Sequence record: DRR723986_9379 | Length of the DNA stretch: 51,482 nt | Strand: one strand, 5' to 3' | Shown: in pieces, positions 36,482-46,456 of the stretch | Layout of the letters: the number at the start of each line of letters is the position of its first letter | Numbering within the stretch: position 1 is the first letter of the stretch | The notes under the pieces: model-generated | What the model saw: the letters and a program-made list of their open reading frames with translations, nothing else | What the model was told of the DNA's origin: nothing | Database searches by the model: none | Program-made: the position numbers and the translations under genes

Positions 36482-36565
36482 GTTACAAGTTTTGAAATGG
36501 ATGTGAAAAAATGTGGTTGGTGGCTAATCTCTATGGGCTAAAGACTATTGAGCATGGACTTTTAA

Positions 36566-38131
36566 TTAAATTCTAAATAAGTTACTCCACTCCGTCTCAA
36601 AAGGCAACCCTTCTACTTTCGCTACCTCATTCGCGATTTCGATCAATTCGCCACTTTGAATCATCTCAATCGCCGCTTCCATATCCTCAGTCATCACGCG
36701 ATCATTGATTACAGGAGCTATACTTTTTCGAACATGCTCGTGTATTGCTGTCATTACTTTTCCGGATTTCAAAGGAGCATGGAAATCCATGGCTTGAGCA
36801 GCATAAAACAGCTCAATTCCCAGGATTTTCTCAACGTTTCCAATGACTTGCAGGGCTTTTCTCGCACCAATTGAACCCATACTTACGTGATCTTCCTGAC
36901 CAAGGGAAGTTGGGATGCTGTCGGCTGAAGCAGGAAAGCAAAGTCCTTTGTTTTCAGAGGCCAAAGCCGCTGTGGTGTACTGAGGTATCATCAAACCAGA
37001 ATTCAATCCCGTTTCCTTCAACAGTAACTTAGGAACACCTGGTGTATCTCCTTCAAGGGAAAGATAGATTCTTCGATCTGAAATATTTCCCAGTTCTGAA
37101 GCTGCAAGACAAGCATAATCCAACGGTAAAGCGATGGGCTGACCATGGAAACTACCTCCGGAAATCGTGTGATCTTCGCTGAACACAACTGGATTGTCTG
37201 TTACGGAATTTATCTCAATTTCGATGGCATCCTTCAGATGCAACCAGGCATTTCTCGATGCTCCATGAACCTGCGGCATACAGCGCAAAGAATAGGGATC
37301 TTGAACTCTCGCACAATCCAAATGTGAATTGACGATTTCTGATTCATGAAGTAGGTTCAGGATAGTCTTAGCTACATGCTGATTTCCTGTGAAAGGTCTA
37401 AGCTGATGAAGTTCAGGGGAAAATGGTTTGATAGACCCCATCAAACCCTCAATCATCATCGCTCCAGTGATGTCAGCGTGGACAAGCAAATTATGCAAGC
37501 GATCCACAACTTTCACTCCGTAAGCAGCCATAAATTGGGTGCCGTTTATTAGGGCTAACCCTTCTTTTGGTCCGAGAGAAAGAGGTGATATTCCCAACTT
37601 TTCAAATACAATTGATGTGCGATGGATTTCTCCCTCGAAATGTACTTTTCCTAAACCTAAAAGTGGTAGAAATAAATGGGAGAGTGGGGCCAAATCGCCA
37701 GATGCCCCTACTGAACCTTGGATTGGAACTACGGGAATTACTTCGTTCTCCAGCATCCAAAGCATTCTTTCCAAGGTTTCGAGTTTGATTCCAGAAAATC
37801 CCTGCGCCAATGCCTGAAGTTTCAAGACAAGCATCAACTTGGAGATTTCTATTGGAACTGGATCGCCCAAACCTACAGCGTGACTTTTTAGGAGGTTTTC
37901 CTGCAGAGTCTGTGTGTCAGCAGCTGAGATTTTGCTCGTACAAAGTGGGCCGAAACCCGTGTTAATTCCATAGACAGCTTTTTCACGGTTGGCAATAGTA
38001 GCAACAGCTCGTGCGGAGGCTTTTACTTTTTCACGAGTTTCGAGGCTTAACTCTCCTTTAATCTCTTTTCTAGCAAGTTTCAAGGCAGTGCCCACCGTCA
38101 GTAGGTCTTGGCCGTATTGGAAAGTATTCAT
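36566..38131 (-). CDS. hutH: Histidine ammonia-lyase
   Basis: YGINTGFG, GSVGASGDL (MIO-forming ASG), QDPYSLRC and QEDHVSMG motifs. Confidence 0.97.
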   Translation of the reverse strand: MNTFQYGQDLLTVGTALKLARKEIKGELSLETREKVKASARAVATIANREKAVYGINTGFGPLCTSKISAADTQTLQENLLKSHAVGLGDPVPIEISKLMLVLKLQALAQGFSGIKLETLERMLWMLENEVIPVVPIQGSVGASGDLAPLSHLFLPLLGLGKVHFEGEIHRTSIVFEKLGISPLSLGPKEGLALINGTQFMAAYGVKVVDRLHNLLVHADITGAMMIEGLMGSIKPFSPELHQLRPFTGNQHVAKTILNLLHESEIVNSHLDCARVQDPYSLRCMPQVHGASRNAWLHLKDAIEIEINSVTDNPVVFSEDHTISGGSFHGQPIALPLDYACLAASELGNISDRRIYLSLEGDTPGVPKLLLKETGLNSGLMIPQYTTAALASENKGLCFPASADSIPTSLGQEDHVSMGSIGARKALQVIGNVEKILGIELFYAAQAMDFHAPLKSGKVMTAIHEHVRKSIAPVINDRVMTEDMEAAIEMIQSGELIEIANEVAKVEGLPFETEWSNLFRI

Positions 38132-38162
38132 AACTATTTGGGTCTTAATTCTAGGGTCCTGA

Positions 38163-38208
38163 CAAAGATATTAAGCATTAATGATAATTTTTGATATCAA
38201 TTTTATCA
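38163..38208. promoter_or_regulatory. hutH -7 promoter and candidate LysR binding box
   Basis: TATCTTTG on the minus strand (38163-38170). Palindrome TGATA-N7-TATCA at 38192-38208 fits T-N11-A. Confidence 0.65.
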
Positions 38209-38231
38209 TGATTTGATACCTTTAAGGCATC

Positions 38232-39098
38232 ATGGAATTAAGACATTTGAGTTACTTCAAAGCAGTGGCTGAGGAATTGAATTTCCGTAAAGCAGCCGAG
38301 CGACTGTTTATTTCCCAACCGGGTTTGAGCAGGCAAATCAAAAATCTGGAAGAGATGCTGGATGTGAAACTCTTTGAGCGCGATCAAAAGCATGTGGAGC
38401 TGACTGCTGCAGGCGCCTATTTTAAAAATGAAGTTGACTTCGTTCTAAATCATCTGGATCTCACAAGAAGCCAATTGAAATTGATTTCCGCGGGGAAAAT
38501 CGGAGAGCTCAGAATTGGCTTCCTGGGTTCGGCATCCAATCAGGTTTTACCGGATTTGCTAGGCAAACTGAATGCTAATCAACCCTTAATTAGCACTAGT
38601 TTGGAAGAATTAAGTAATTCCGTTCAAGTGGAAATGATTGAGAAGGACAAGTTGGATTTGGGTTTTGTAAGATTGGCATCTGTGCCAAGTGATCTCGAAA
38701 TGAAGGTTGTTTTGAGAGATAGTTTTTCGTTGGTAGTTCCCAAAAATCATCCACTTCAGGATCGAGATTTTACATCAGTCAACCAATTCAAAGATGAATC
38801 ATTTGTGCTTTTTTCCTCTGATTATAGCAATCTCTATTATGAGCAGATTATTGGAATTTGTCGAGATGCTGGTTTTTCTCCAAAGATCAGACATAAGTCC
38901 GTTCATGCATTGACGATATTCAAATTGGTAGAAAATGGGATGGGAGTAGCGATTGTTCCTACTTCTTTAAAAGAAGGATACGAACTTAATGTCCGATTTA
39001 TGCAGATTCCGAATATCCCGCAATTCACAGAGCTTTCTGCTATCTGGAAAGGAGAGAATCGCAATCCGGCATTGAAACAGGTTTTGCCTTTGATCTAA
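38232..39098 (+). CDS. LysR-family transcriptional regulator (probable hut regulator)
   Basis: MELRHLSYFKAVAEELNFRKAAERLFISQPGLSRQIKNLE; divergent from hutH. Confidence 0.93.
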   Translation: MELRHLSYFKAVAEELNFRKAAERLFISQPGLSRQIKNLEEMLDVKLFERDQKHVELTAAGAYFKNEVDFVLNHLDLTRSQLKLISAGKIGELRIGFLGSASNQVLPDLLGKLNANQPLISTSLEELSNSVQVEMIEKDKLDLGFVRLASVPSDLEMKVVLRDSFSLVVPKNHPLQDRDFTSVNQFKDESFVLFSSDYSNLYYEQIIGICRDAGFSPKIRHKSVHALTIFKLVENGMGVAIVPTSLKEGYELNVRFMQIPNIPQFTELSAIWKGENRNPALKQVLPLI

Positions 39099-39127
39099 CC
39101 AAATCATTAAATTAGAGCTTAAAATCA

Positions 39128-39149
39128 AAATGTCGGGTAAATGTCGGGT
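39128..39149 (+). repeat. Tandem 11-bp direct repeat, candidate operator
   Basis: AAATGTCGGGT x2, upstream of the XRE-membrane gene. Confidence 0.65.
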
Positions 39150-39224
39150 CAAAACCGAGTCTATTTCGCCCTAAGTCACAATCCAATCAGAGAAATTGCC
39201 ATGGTTAACAAAAACATACACACT

Positions 39225-40043
39225 ATGAAACAACCAGAATTAGGCAAGAAAATCTCTGAAATGAGAAAGGCAAAAGGATTGACTCAGGAGGAGTTGGTCG
39301 AATTGTGCAACCTGAACGTGCGAACAATACAGCGCATAGAAGCAGGAGAGGTGACTCCGAGGAGTTATACGATCAAGGCTTTGTTTGAGGCTTTGGGGAT
39401 TCAATTGAATGAAAAATTAAATGTCCCAAATGAAAAAACATCCACGCTACCGGAATCTTTCAAAAAGCTATTATATATGTGTTTTGGAGCAGGTTTATTA
39501 TACATGATTAGCTCTATTGTTGAGTTCCCCATTGATAATAGCATATTCGAAGGAAATAAAGATATTGACCTAAATTTTTATTTGGGATTAAAATTGGCTT
39601 CCCTGATTTTCTATTCAGCTTTCATGGTAGCATTTTATAAGATTGCTGATTTCTCTGATAATTTTATGCTTAAAATTGCTTCTTGGATAATGATTTTGGC
39701 AAATGTTGTTGGTGTTAGCATAGAAGTCTATTTTGCAGTGATGGATGATTCTCCAAATTGGCTATTCATAATTCCATATATTATTTCTACTGGTGCAGTA
39801 TTTATAATATTTGGGATTAGCTTTTTACAATTTAAGTCACCTTTGAAATCATTAACAGTTCCCCTAGGTGTTTTAGGAATTGTAACCGGCGCCCTATTTG
39901 TAACTGTTATTGGAGCAGTTTTAGGTATGATAACCCAACTGGTATTCGAAATTGGTTTATTGTATTTCTTATTTTGGTTCGTTAATAAATCCGGGAGATC
40001 TTCTTCTCCCGATTCTACTTTTAGCTCTCAAGTAACGGCTTGA
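39225..40043 (+). CDS. XRE-family HTH protein with a multi-pass membrane C-terminal domain
   Basis: MKQPELGKKISEMRKAKGLTQEELVELCNLNVRTIQRIEAG followed by about 5-6 hydrophobic segments. Likely start ATG 39225 (track start 39141). Confidence 0.85.
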   Translation: MKQPELGKKISEMRKAKGLTQEELVELCNLNVRTIQRIEAGEVTPRSYTIKALFEALGIQLNEKLNVPNEKTSTLPESFKKLLYMCFGAGLLYMISSIVEFPIDNSIFEGNKDIDLNFYLGLKLASLIFYSAFMVAFYKIADFSDNFMLKIASWIMILANVVGVSIEVYFAVMDDSPNWLFIIPYIISTGAVFIIFGISFLQFKSPLKSLTVPLGVLGIVTGALFVTVIGAVLGMITQLVFEIGLLYFLFWFVNKSGRSSSPDSTFSSQVTA

Positions 40044-41706
40044 TTTTATCTTTCACCAACTTCAAAATCTCCGCATTTTTTGGACTTGAAGTCTCGATTT
40101 CCAGAATTTTTGGATAAATGGAGTCTTCATAAAAGTCTTGGAGTGATGCCTCCAGTTCTTCCTGATTCATAACTTTTGAATAAAAGAATCCAAATTCTGT
40201 GGCCAAATGTTGAGCGGATAATCTCTGCTTTGTTTCAAAAAATTCTTCCAGCTCAGGCTGATTTGACGGTCCGTCGATTAATCTGAAAATGCCACCGGCA
40301 TGATTGTTTAGCAAAATGATCCGTAGGTTTGGCATGGAGTAATTATGCCAAAATGCATTGCGATCGTAGAAGAAAGCCATGTCTCCAGTGATCAATGTAA
40401 TGATTTCCTTGGTGGTAAATGTACAGCCAACAGCTGTGGAATTGGACCCATCTATCCCTGAAGTTCCTCTGTTACAAATCACTTCCTGAGTCCTTTTTCC
40501 CAGCAAATTCAAATAACGAACGGCCATGCTATTCGCGACATGGATTTTGGATTGTGCTGGAGTTTTACTGAGGCAAATAGATAAAGCAGGATATTCTCCA
40601 AATTCTGACTCTTTTAATGCATCTGCAAGAGCGGATTTAGCATTCTTCTCTAATTGAAACCAACGATAATAGAAATCTTGGTCTTGAGGTTTCAAGTCAG
40701 TCGCAAGCCAATTCAAAAAATGTACTGGACTACAAGGAATGGTGCGTGAGAGCCGCTGAAAGGTATCTTTTGCTTTTCCATCTTCCTGAATATGCCAGTG
40801 TGAAGTTTGAGTTTTTCGAAGGAAAAGCTTCAAGGATTTTGAAATCACCGACTTCCCAAATGAAATAATCAATTCCGGCTCTAGTTCTTGACTTAGATCC
40901 GGGTTTCCTAGCCAATGATCGTGAAGTGAAATAGTCTGGTCGGACTGCAAATTGCTAATCGTATCCGTCACGATCACTACTTTTTTATCTTTCGAAAGTT
41001 GATCTAAAACAGCTTGAAGATCATCGCTTGGTTTCTGTTGTCCTGCGACTATCAGAATCTTACTAAAGGACTGAAGACGATTTTTAAGTCTTTTCAAGCT
41101 TTCTTCAGATAGCTGAACAGAAGAGTGCTCCTGATTGAAAACTCTCGGTTTTTCCGGGAAAGTCAACTTTTCGCCCTTACTAGGATAAAATGGTTCTCGA
41201 AGCGGAATATTAATATGAACTGGTCCGGAAGGGAATTGCTTAGCAAGGTTGATTGCTTCATTTACGATTCGAGATGAATGCCAAAGTTGATCCGTATTAT
41301 TTGTATTATCAGGTAACTGATAACTTCCTTTCACATGCTTTCCATAGACTTCAGGTTGGAAAATTGTTTGTCCATCGTATTGATCAATCCACTCAGCAGG
41401 TCGGTCGGCAGTGAGTATTAGAAGTGGTATTTGTTGGAAAAATGCCTCAGCTACTGCCGGATAGTAATTCAAAGCAGCCGATCCAGAGGTGCAAACTAGC
41501 ACAACAGGCACTTCCAATTGCTGAGCCATCCCTAAGGCTATGAATGCAGCCGAACGTTCATCAGAGATAGTTCTGGCATGAATCTGCGGATGCCTGGCAA
41601 AGGCCAAAGTGAGTGGAGCACATCGCGAGCCGGGTGAAAGTATAGCGTTTTCTATGCCTTTTTTGGCACAAATGGCTACTAATTCAGTGATCTGAGGAAG
41701 AATCAA
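40021..41706 (-). CDS. menD: SEPHCHC synthase
   Basis: SPGSRCAPL, DERSAAF, CTSGSA, TADRP and NRGTSGIDGS motifs. Confidence 0.95.
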   Translation of the reverse strand: MILPQITELVAICAKKGIENAILSPGSRCAPLTLAFARHPQIHARTISDERSAAFIALGMAQQLEVPVVLVCTSGSAALNYYPAVAEAFFQQIPLLILTADRPAEWIDQYDGQTIFQPEVYGKHVKGSYQLPDNTNNTDQLWHSSRIVNEAINLAKQFPSGPVHINIPLREPFYPSKGEKLTFPEKPRVFNQEHSSVQLSEESLKRLKNRLQSFSKILIVAGQQKPSDDLQAVLDQLSKDKKVVIVTDTISNLQSDQTISLHDHWLGNPDLSQELEPELIISFGKSVISKSLKLFLRKTQTSHWHIQEDGKAKDTFQRLSRTIPCSPVHFLNWLATDLKPQDQDFYYRWFQLEKNAKSALADALKESEFGEYPALSICLSKTPAQSKIHVANSMAVRYLNLLGKRTQEVICNRGTSGIDGSNSTAVGCTFTTKEIITLITGDMAFFYDRNAFWHNYSMPNLRIILLNNHAGGIFRLIDGPSNQPELEEFFETKQRLSAQHLATEFGFFYSKVMNQEELEASLQDFYEDSIYPKILEIETSSPKNAEILKLVKDKIKPLLES

Positions 41707-42920
41707 GCGCTTGGGTTTTGGATAAATTTACCTATGATCTGACATTTAAGCTCAGTTTCTTCCCATTCCTTCTCGGGGTCAGAATCTTCTGTCACACCAG
41801 CCCCTGCATAAAGTGTGGCTTCGTTGTTATGAAGACTAGCGGTCCTTAGGTTGACATATATAGATGTGCTGCCCTGGATATTCACAGGACCTATAAATCC
41901 AGAGAAAAATGAGCGGTCAAAGCCTTCAAATTCCTGAAGAAAATCGTGTGCTTCTTTTCTTGGCATACCGCAAACTGCGGAAGTGGGGTGAAGTAACCCG
42001 AGCATAATGGAACCTAGCTCCGGGAATCCAGTTTCCTGCATGTTGATTTTAAAATCAGAACGTAAATGCAAAAGATTGCCTGCCAACACGGTTTTTGGAC
42101 CATGCTCTTCGTATTCACGTAACCTGATTTTTTTGAAACAAGAAACGATGTAACGGCTTACTAAGGCTTGCTCCTCAATTTCTTTTTGGGTCCAGGCAAC
42201 TGATTTTAGAGGATTATCTCCAGTTGCTTTTTGAGTGCCAGCAAGAGACATGGTGCAGAATATGTCACCTTTGGTTTCGATCAAAGTCTCAGGAGAAGCG
42301 CCAATCCAAGTTCCTACATGCGGCAAATGGAAAAAGTTGATAAAAGCATTTGGATATGCTTCCATCAAACTTAAAAGGGTACAGCTCAAGTTGAAACTAG
42401 TAGGAATTGAAATAGTCTTGGTACGTGCAGGAACTACTTTTTCAAGTTGATTGTCCTGAATTGCCTTGATTCCTTCTTTTACTAGCTGGGTGAAATGATC
42501 TTTATCCTCGCTAATTTTTGAAACTTCTATTTTATGAATTAGAGTTTGATTGATCAGCAGTTCTCTGATTTCTTGAGAAGATAGCCTCTCCTGGTTTTTC
42601 AATTGGATTTTGGCCCACTCTGGAAGTTCGTCGGCTGCTAATGGTTTATCAAGCTCAAATGAAAAATACTTGTTGGCCTTGATGAAATAAGCTTTTTTGT
42701 CAACTTGGTCAGCGAATGGATGCACGATAAATCCAGGCTCAAGATTTTCAATTGACAAGTCAACTTTTACGGGTTCCGCGGTGTCATTTAAAACAATTTC
42801 TACGGTATTTGATTTTGGCTTTCGCCAGATAGCAAAAGAACCAGCAGAAGTTAATCCCAACTGAAGTAAAAGTTGAAGTATATCTGCTTTAGTATGATTT
42901 GTAGCTACGTTGGTTTGCAT
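41703..42920 (-). CDS. menF: Isochorismate synthase (chorismate-binding family)
   Basis: KVVPAR, GASPETL, SLAGT, LHPTSAVCG and YAGAGV motifs; men context. Confidence 0.88.
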   Translation of the reverse strand: MQTNVATNHTKADILQLLLQLGLTSAGSFAIWRKPKSNTVEIVLNDTAEPVKVDLSIENLEPGFIVHPFADQVDKKAYFIKANKYFSFELDKPLAADELPEWAKIQLKNQERLSSQEIRELLINQTLIHKIEVSKISEDKDHFTQLVKEGIKAIQDNQLEKVVPARTKTISIPTSFNLSCTLLSLMEAYPNAFINFFHLPHVGTWIGASPETLIETKGDIFCTMSLAGTQKATGDNPLKSVAWTQKEIEEQALVSRYIVSCFKKIRLREYEEHGPKTVLAGNLLHLRSDFKINMQETGFPELGSIMLGLLHPTSAVCGMPRKEAHDFLQEFEGFDRSFFSGFIGPVNIQGSTSIYVNLRTASLHNNEATLYAGAGVTEDSDPEKEWEETELKCQIIGKFIQNPSA

Positions 42921-43342
42921 TACTTTTTATCTAAAATCGCCATGGTAATTCTGCTGATGCAGCATAGCTGACCTTGCTCATTTGTGATTTTAATCTCCCA
43001 GACTTGCGTACTTTTCCCAATATGAATAGGTTTCGTAATTCCAGTGACTAATCCAGACTTAACGCCTTTTAGGTGATTTGCGTTTATTTCCAGACCTACA
43101 CAAATTTGTTTTTTTAAGTCAAGAGTTAGCGAAGCTGCTACACTTCCGAGAGTTTCGGCGAGTACTACATTTGCTCCTCCGTGTAACAAGCCCATGGGTT
43201 GTTTTGTTCTTTCATCCACCGGCATAGTCGCGCACAAGTAGTCGTCACCAACTTCAGTAAATAGTATATCCAAATGTTCTGTCATTGTGTTTCTTCCGCT
43301 TTGGTTGATTTGATCCAATGAAGGCTTTTGGGTGAATACCAT
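42920..43342 (-). CDS. menI: Hotdog-fold thioesterase (DHNA-CoA hydrolase, MenI/YdiI-like)
   Basis: QPMGLLHGGANVVLAETLGS and GLEINANH motifs; co-transcribed with menF and menD. Confidence 0.82.
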   Translation of the reverse strand: MVFTQKPSLDQINQSGRNTMTEHLDILFTEVGDDYLCATMPVDERTKQPMGLLHGGANVVLAETLGSVAASLTLDLKKQICVGLEINANHLKGVKSGLVTGITKPIHIGKSTQVWEIKITNEQGQLCCISRITMAILDKK

Positions 43343-43394
43343 GAATTTTAAAGTAAATGAGTTTTCTTTGGGGTGCAGACAAAAATAGATAATC

Positions 43395-44015
43395 TTGAAT
43401 CGAAAAAAAATTTACTTAGTTAGACACGGGCAAACTGATTATAATCTCAAAGGTGTAGTTCAAGGAAGTGGGATAGATGCTCCTATCAATGAAAACGGAA
43501 GAAAGCAGGCTGCAGCATTTTTTGATGCCTATAAAAATATTCCGTTCGATCAGGCATATTACACAGGCCTTCAGCGGACAAAGCAATCCATACAGTCTTT
43601 TTTAGACTTGGGTATACCAGCTATTTCCACCACTGATCTCAATGAAATTTCATGGGGAGATTACGAAGGCCTCCCAATGTCCCCTGAAGAAAGTAAATAC
43701 TATCAGCATATGCTGGATCAATGGCAGCAGGGAAATCTCGATTATTGTATTGCAGGTGGGGAGAGTCCCAATATTGTTGCAAAGCGAATGCAACGGGGGA
43801 TTGATGCGATAATAGCCGGTCCTGGTGAAACTATTTTAGTTTGTATGCACGGACGCGCAATGCGAATCTTCCTAAGCTTGATAATGAAGCAGGATTTATG
43901 TCACATGGATATGTTTGAGCACAAAAACCTGTGCTTGTATCTAATTGAGGAAAAGGAAGATGGTACTTTTGAATTACTCAAAAGAAACGATACTGACCAC
44001 CTTAAGGAGCTGTAG
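43395..44015 (+). CDS. Histidine phosphatase (phosphoglycerate mutase family)
   Basis: LVRHGQT, LNEISWG, GGES and HG motifs; TTG start. Confidence 0.9.
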   Translation: MNRKKIYLVRHGQTDYNLKGVVQGSGIDAPINENGRKQAAAFFDAYKNIPFDQAYYTGLQRTKQSIQSFLDLGIPAISTTDLNEISWGDYEGLPMSPEESKYYQHMLDQWQQGNLDYCIAGGESPNIVAKRMQRGIDAIIAGPGETILVCMHGRAMRIFLSLIMKQDLCHMDMFEHKNLCLYLIEEKEDGTFELLKRNDTDHLKEL

Positions 44016-44415
44016 TATTCCGCTTATCGTTTTTGTCCTTTTTCTGACTTGCTTCAAAGGCGGTGAGGAAGATGTCCAAAGACTTTTTATTGGCAGTCAT
44101 ATCGATCAATCTAAAGGCAATCTCCTGTAGCTTCATGTCTTCGCCTTCATCTCTGGAAACAAGAAATTGTCCAAGAAAACAAGCGTCAAAATCACATTTT
44201 GGAATGTCAATAATGAGTGCTAGTTCTGAATTTCCTGAATAGCTTCTAGTTTTGAATTTGGAAGAAAATTGGCTCTGAATATCTTTTAAAGAGGTGTTCA
44301 GAGATTTTAATTCTTTTGATTTGAATATGATCAAAAAAGTTTTGGATTCCGTCTCTTCAGCTGAGACTGAAAGAGAAAGAAATAGGGTAATTATAAGAAT
44401 TCCAAGACTTTTCAT
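44002..44415 (-). CDS. Hypothetical secreted protein
   Basis: ATG 44415 gives the signal peptide MKSLGILIITLFLSLSVSA. The track's longer start lies within the upstream terminator. Confidence 0.7.
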   Translation of the reverse strand: MKSLGILIITLFLSLSVSAEETESKTFLIIFKSKELKSLNTSLKDIQSQFSSKFKTRSYSGNSELALIIDIPKCDFDACFLGQFLVSRDEGEDMKLQEIAFRLIDMTANKKSLDIFLTAFEASQKKDKNDKRNTTAP

Positions 44416-44461
44416 AGCTTCCAATATAAAGATATTTTGCAGTTGAAAGCAAAAAAGTGGT

Positions 44462-44501
44462 AAAAAAAGAAGCCCCAAGCAATTTGCTTGGGGCTTCTTT
44501 T
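44462..44501 (-). terminator. Intrinsic terminator after the zinc-ribbon gene
   Basis: AAAAGAAGCCCCAAGCAA-t-TTGCTTGGGGCTTCTTTT, with a T7 run on the minus strand. Confidence 0.88.
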
Positions 44502-44527
44502 GATCATATATCTCGTTAAAGTCTGAC

Positions 44528-45313
44528 CTAAGCTTTTGTCTTAGTAGACTTGGTTGCTCTTTTTTTCTTTGGTGCTACCTCTTCTACAACCTCATCTTCA
44601 ACACCTGCTAGGATTCTACCGCAATGCTCACATACGATCAATTTTTTCTTTTCACGAATATCAGCTTGTCTTTGTGGTGGAACAGTATTGAAGCATCCAC
44701 CGCAAGCACCTCTTTTTACCAAAACTACTGCAAGTCCATTCTTTGCGTTAGCTCGGATTTTGGTGTAAGATTTTAAAAGTCGCTCGTCAACTTTCTTCGT
44801 TGCTTTTTCACGATCGTTTTTAAGCTTTGCTTCTTCAGATTCGCTTTCAGATACAATCGAAGTCAATTCGCTGTTTTTCTGATCTAAATCTTTCTGACGA
44901 TCCTTCTTCACTGCACTTAATTCCTCCAAGTCTACTTTCTTGGTGTCAATTCTATAACCAGCCTCAGTGATTTTTTTCTTAGCAACCTGAATCTCTAGAT
45001 CCTGAAGCTCAAGCTCTTTAGTGATAGCATCATATTCGCGGTTATTGCGAACATTCATCTGCTGCTCCTGATACTTCTTGATCAGTTTTTCAGAGTCCTT
45101 GATGCTTTCTTTAAGCGCCTTTATTTCGTTTTCAAAAGAATCTATTTCACTTTGAAATTTCTCCAATCGCGTTTCGTAACCAGCAATTTCATCTTCAAGA
45201 TCCTGAACCTCTTCTGGAAGAGCTCCTCGGACTTTAATGATGGCATCTAGTTTTGAATCTAAAAGTTGAAGGTTGTGAATAGCTTCGAGTTTCTGTGCTA
45301 CTGTACTTTCCAT
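44528..45313 (-). CDS. Coiled-coil C4 zinc-ribbon protein (CT398/HP0958-like)
   Basis: Long coiled coil, NNREYDA, CGGC...CEHCGRIL. Confidence 0.9.
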   Translation of the reverse strand: MESTVAQKLEAIHNLQLLDSKLDAIIKVRGALPEEVQDLEDEIAGYETRLEKFQSEIDSFENEIKALKESIKDSEKLIKKYQEQQMNVRNNREYDAITKELELQDLEIQVAKKKITEAGYRIDTKKVDLEELSAVKKDRQKDLDQKNSELTSIVSESESEEAKLKNDREKATKKVDERLLKSYTKIRANAKNGLAVVLVKRGACGGCFNTVPPQRQADIREKKKLIVCEHCGRILAGVEDEVVEEVAPKKKRATKSTKTKA

Positions 45314-45316
45314 GTA

Positions 45317-46417
45317 CTATCGGTAGGATGTGGGATTTGTAACTACTTTTGTCAAATAGAGTGCAATATTAGGAAAATTTTGTGACAAAAACTCCCTGAG
45401 TAATTCTTTTGTGAAAATTTCACTCTCATAATGTCCGATGTCACAGAGAATTAATGCACCGTCTGCATCAAAAAACTCGTGGTACTTTACGTCAGCGGTC
45501 ACAAATACATCTGCCCCAGCTCTTTTTGCATCACTGAGAAGGAAAATTCCTGCTCCTCCACAAACCACAATTTTTTTGATTTTTCGAGGAATAAGTGCCG
45601 TATGTTTGATCACTTCCAAATTCATTTTAGCTTTTAAGTAGTCTAAAAATTCTTCTCCTTCCATTTCATTAGAGAGATTTCCGATCATTCCAGCACCTAC
45701 TTCCTGGTTTTCATTTTCTAGACTTTGCACATAGTAGGCAACTTCCTCGTAGGAATGCGCTTCCCGCATTTTTTGTAAAACTTTTGGAAGCAGATGATTG
45801 GCAACCAAAACTTCCACTCTGATTTCGGATTCTTCTTGTGGTTTTTCCCGCTGTCCCAAAGTTGGGTTTGCTTTTGCCGAAGGGGTAAAAGTCCCAGTCC
45901 CTTTTACCTGAAATGAACAATCAGCGTATTCACCGATCTTACCTGCACCAGCTGCATAAACTGCCTGGAGCACTTTTTCTTTTTCTGGTTCTGGAACGAA
46001 GAATACGAGTTTGCTTAGTAATTGCTTTTTAGGCTGTAATATCTTGGTGTCCAACAGGCCCAATCGATCAGAAATCCTCTTGTTCACCCCATGAGCGACA
46101 TGGTCTAAATTTGTATGAATAGCATAAATGGCGATGTCGTTTTTTATTGCTTTAATAATCGTACGCTCCACGTAATTTTTCCCAGTGAGACTTTTCAAGC
46201 CTTTAAAAACTATAGGATGATGAGCCACAATCATATTAGCACCTAGTTCAATGGCCTCTTCCACCGTCGCTTCTATGCAGTCTAGAGAACAAACAATCCC
46301 TGTTACTTCTGCATTCCTTTCTCCAGTGATTAAGGTGGCGTTATCGTAAGACTCCTGATAGGATGGAGGCGCGATTTGCTCCAGGTAGGAAATCACATCG
46401 CTAATCTTGTATCCCAT
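45317..46417 (-). CDS. Nif3-like (DUF34) dinuclear metal centre protein with PII-like insertion
   Basis: QESYDN, AHHPIVF, HTNLD, HSYEEVAY and GHYESE motifs. Confidence 0.93.
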   Translation of the reverse strand: MGYKISDVISYLEQIAPPSYQESYDNATLITGERNAEVTGIVCSLDCIEATVEEAIELGANMIVAHHPIVFKGLKSLTGKNYVERTIIKAIKNDIAIYAIHTNLDHVAHGVNKRISDRLGLLDTKILQPKKQLLSKLVFFVPEPEKEKVLQAVYAAGAGKIGEYADCSFQVKGTGTFTPSAKANPTLGQREKPQEESEIRVEVLVANHLLPKVLQKMREAHSYEEVAYYVQSLENENQEVGAGMIGNLSNEMEGEEFLDYLKAKMNLEVIKHTALIPRKIKKIVVCGGAGIFLLSDAKRAGADVFVTADVKYHEFFDADGALILCDIGHYESEIFTKELLREFLSQNFPNIALYLTKVVTNPTSYR

Positions 46418-46456
46418 ATTTTTTCTGTTTATTTGATCAAAAATAGTAATTCTGGA

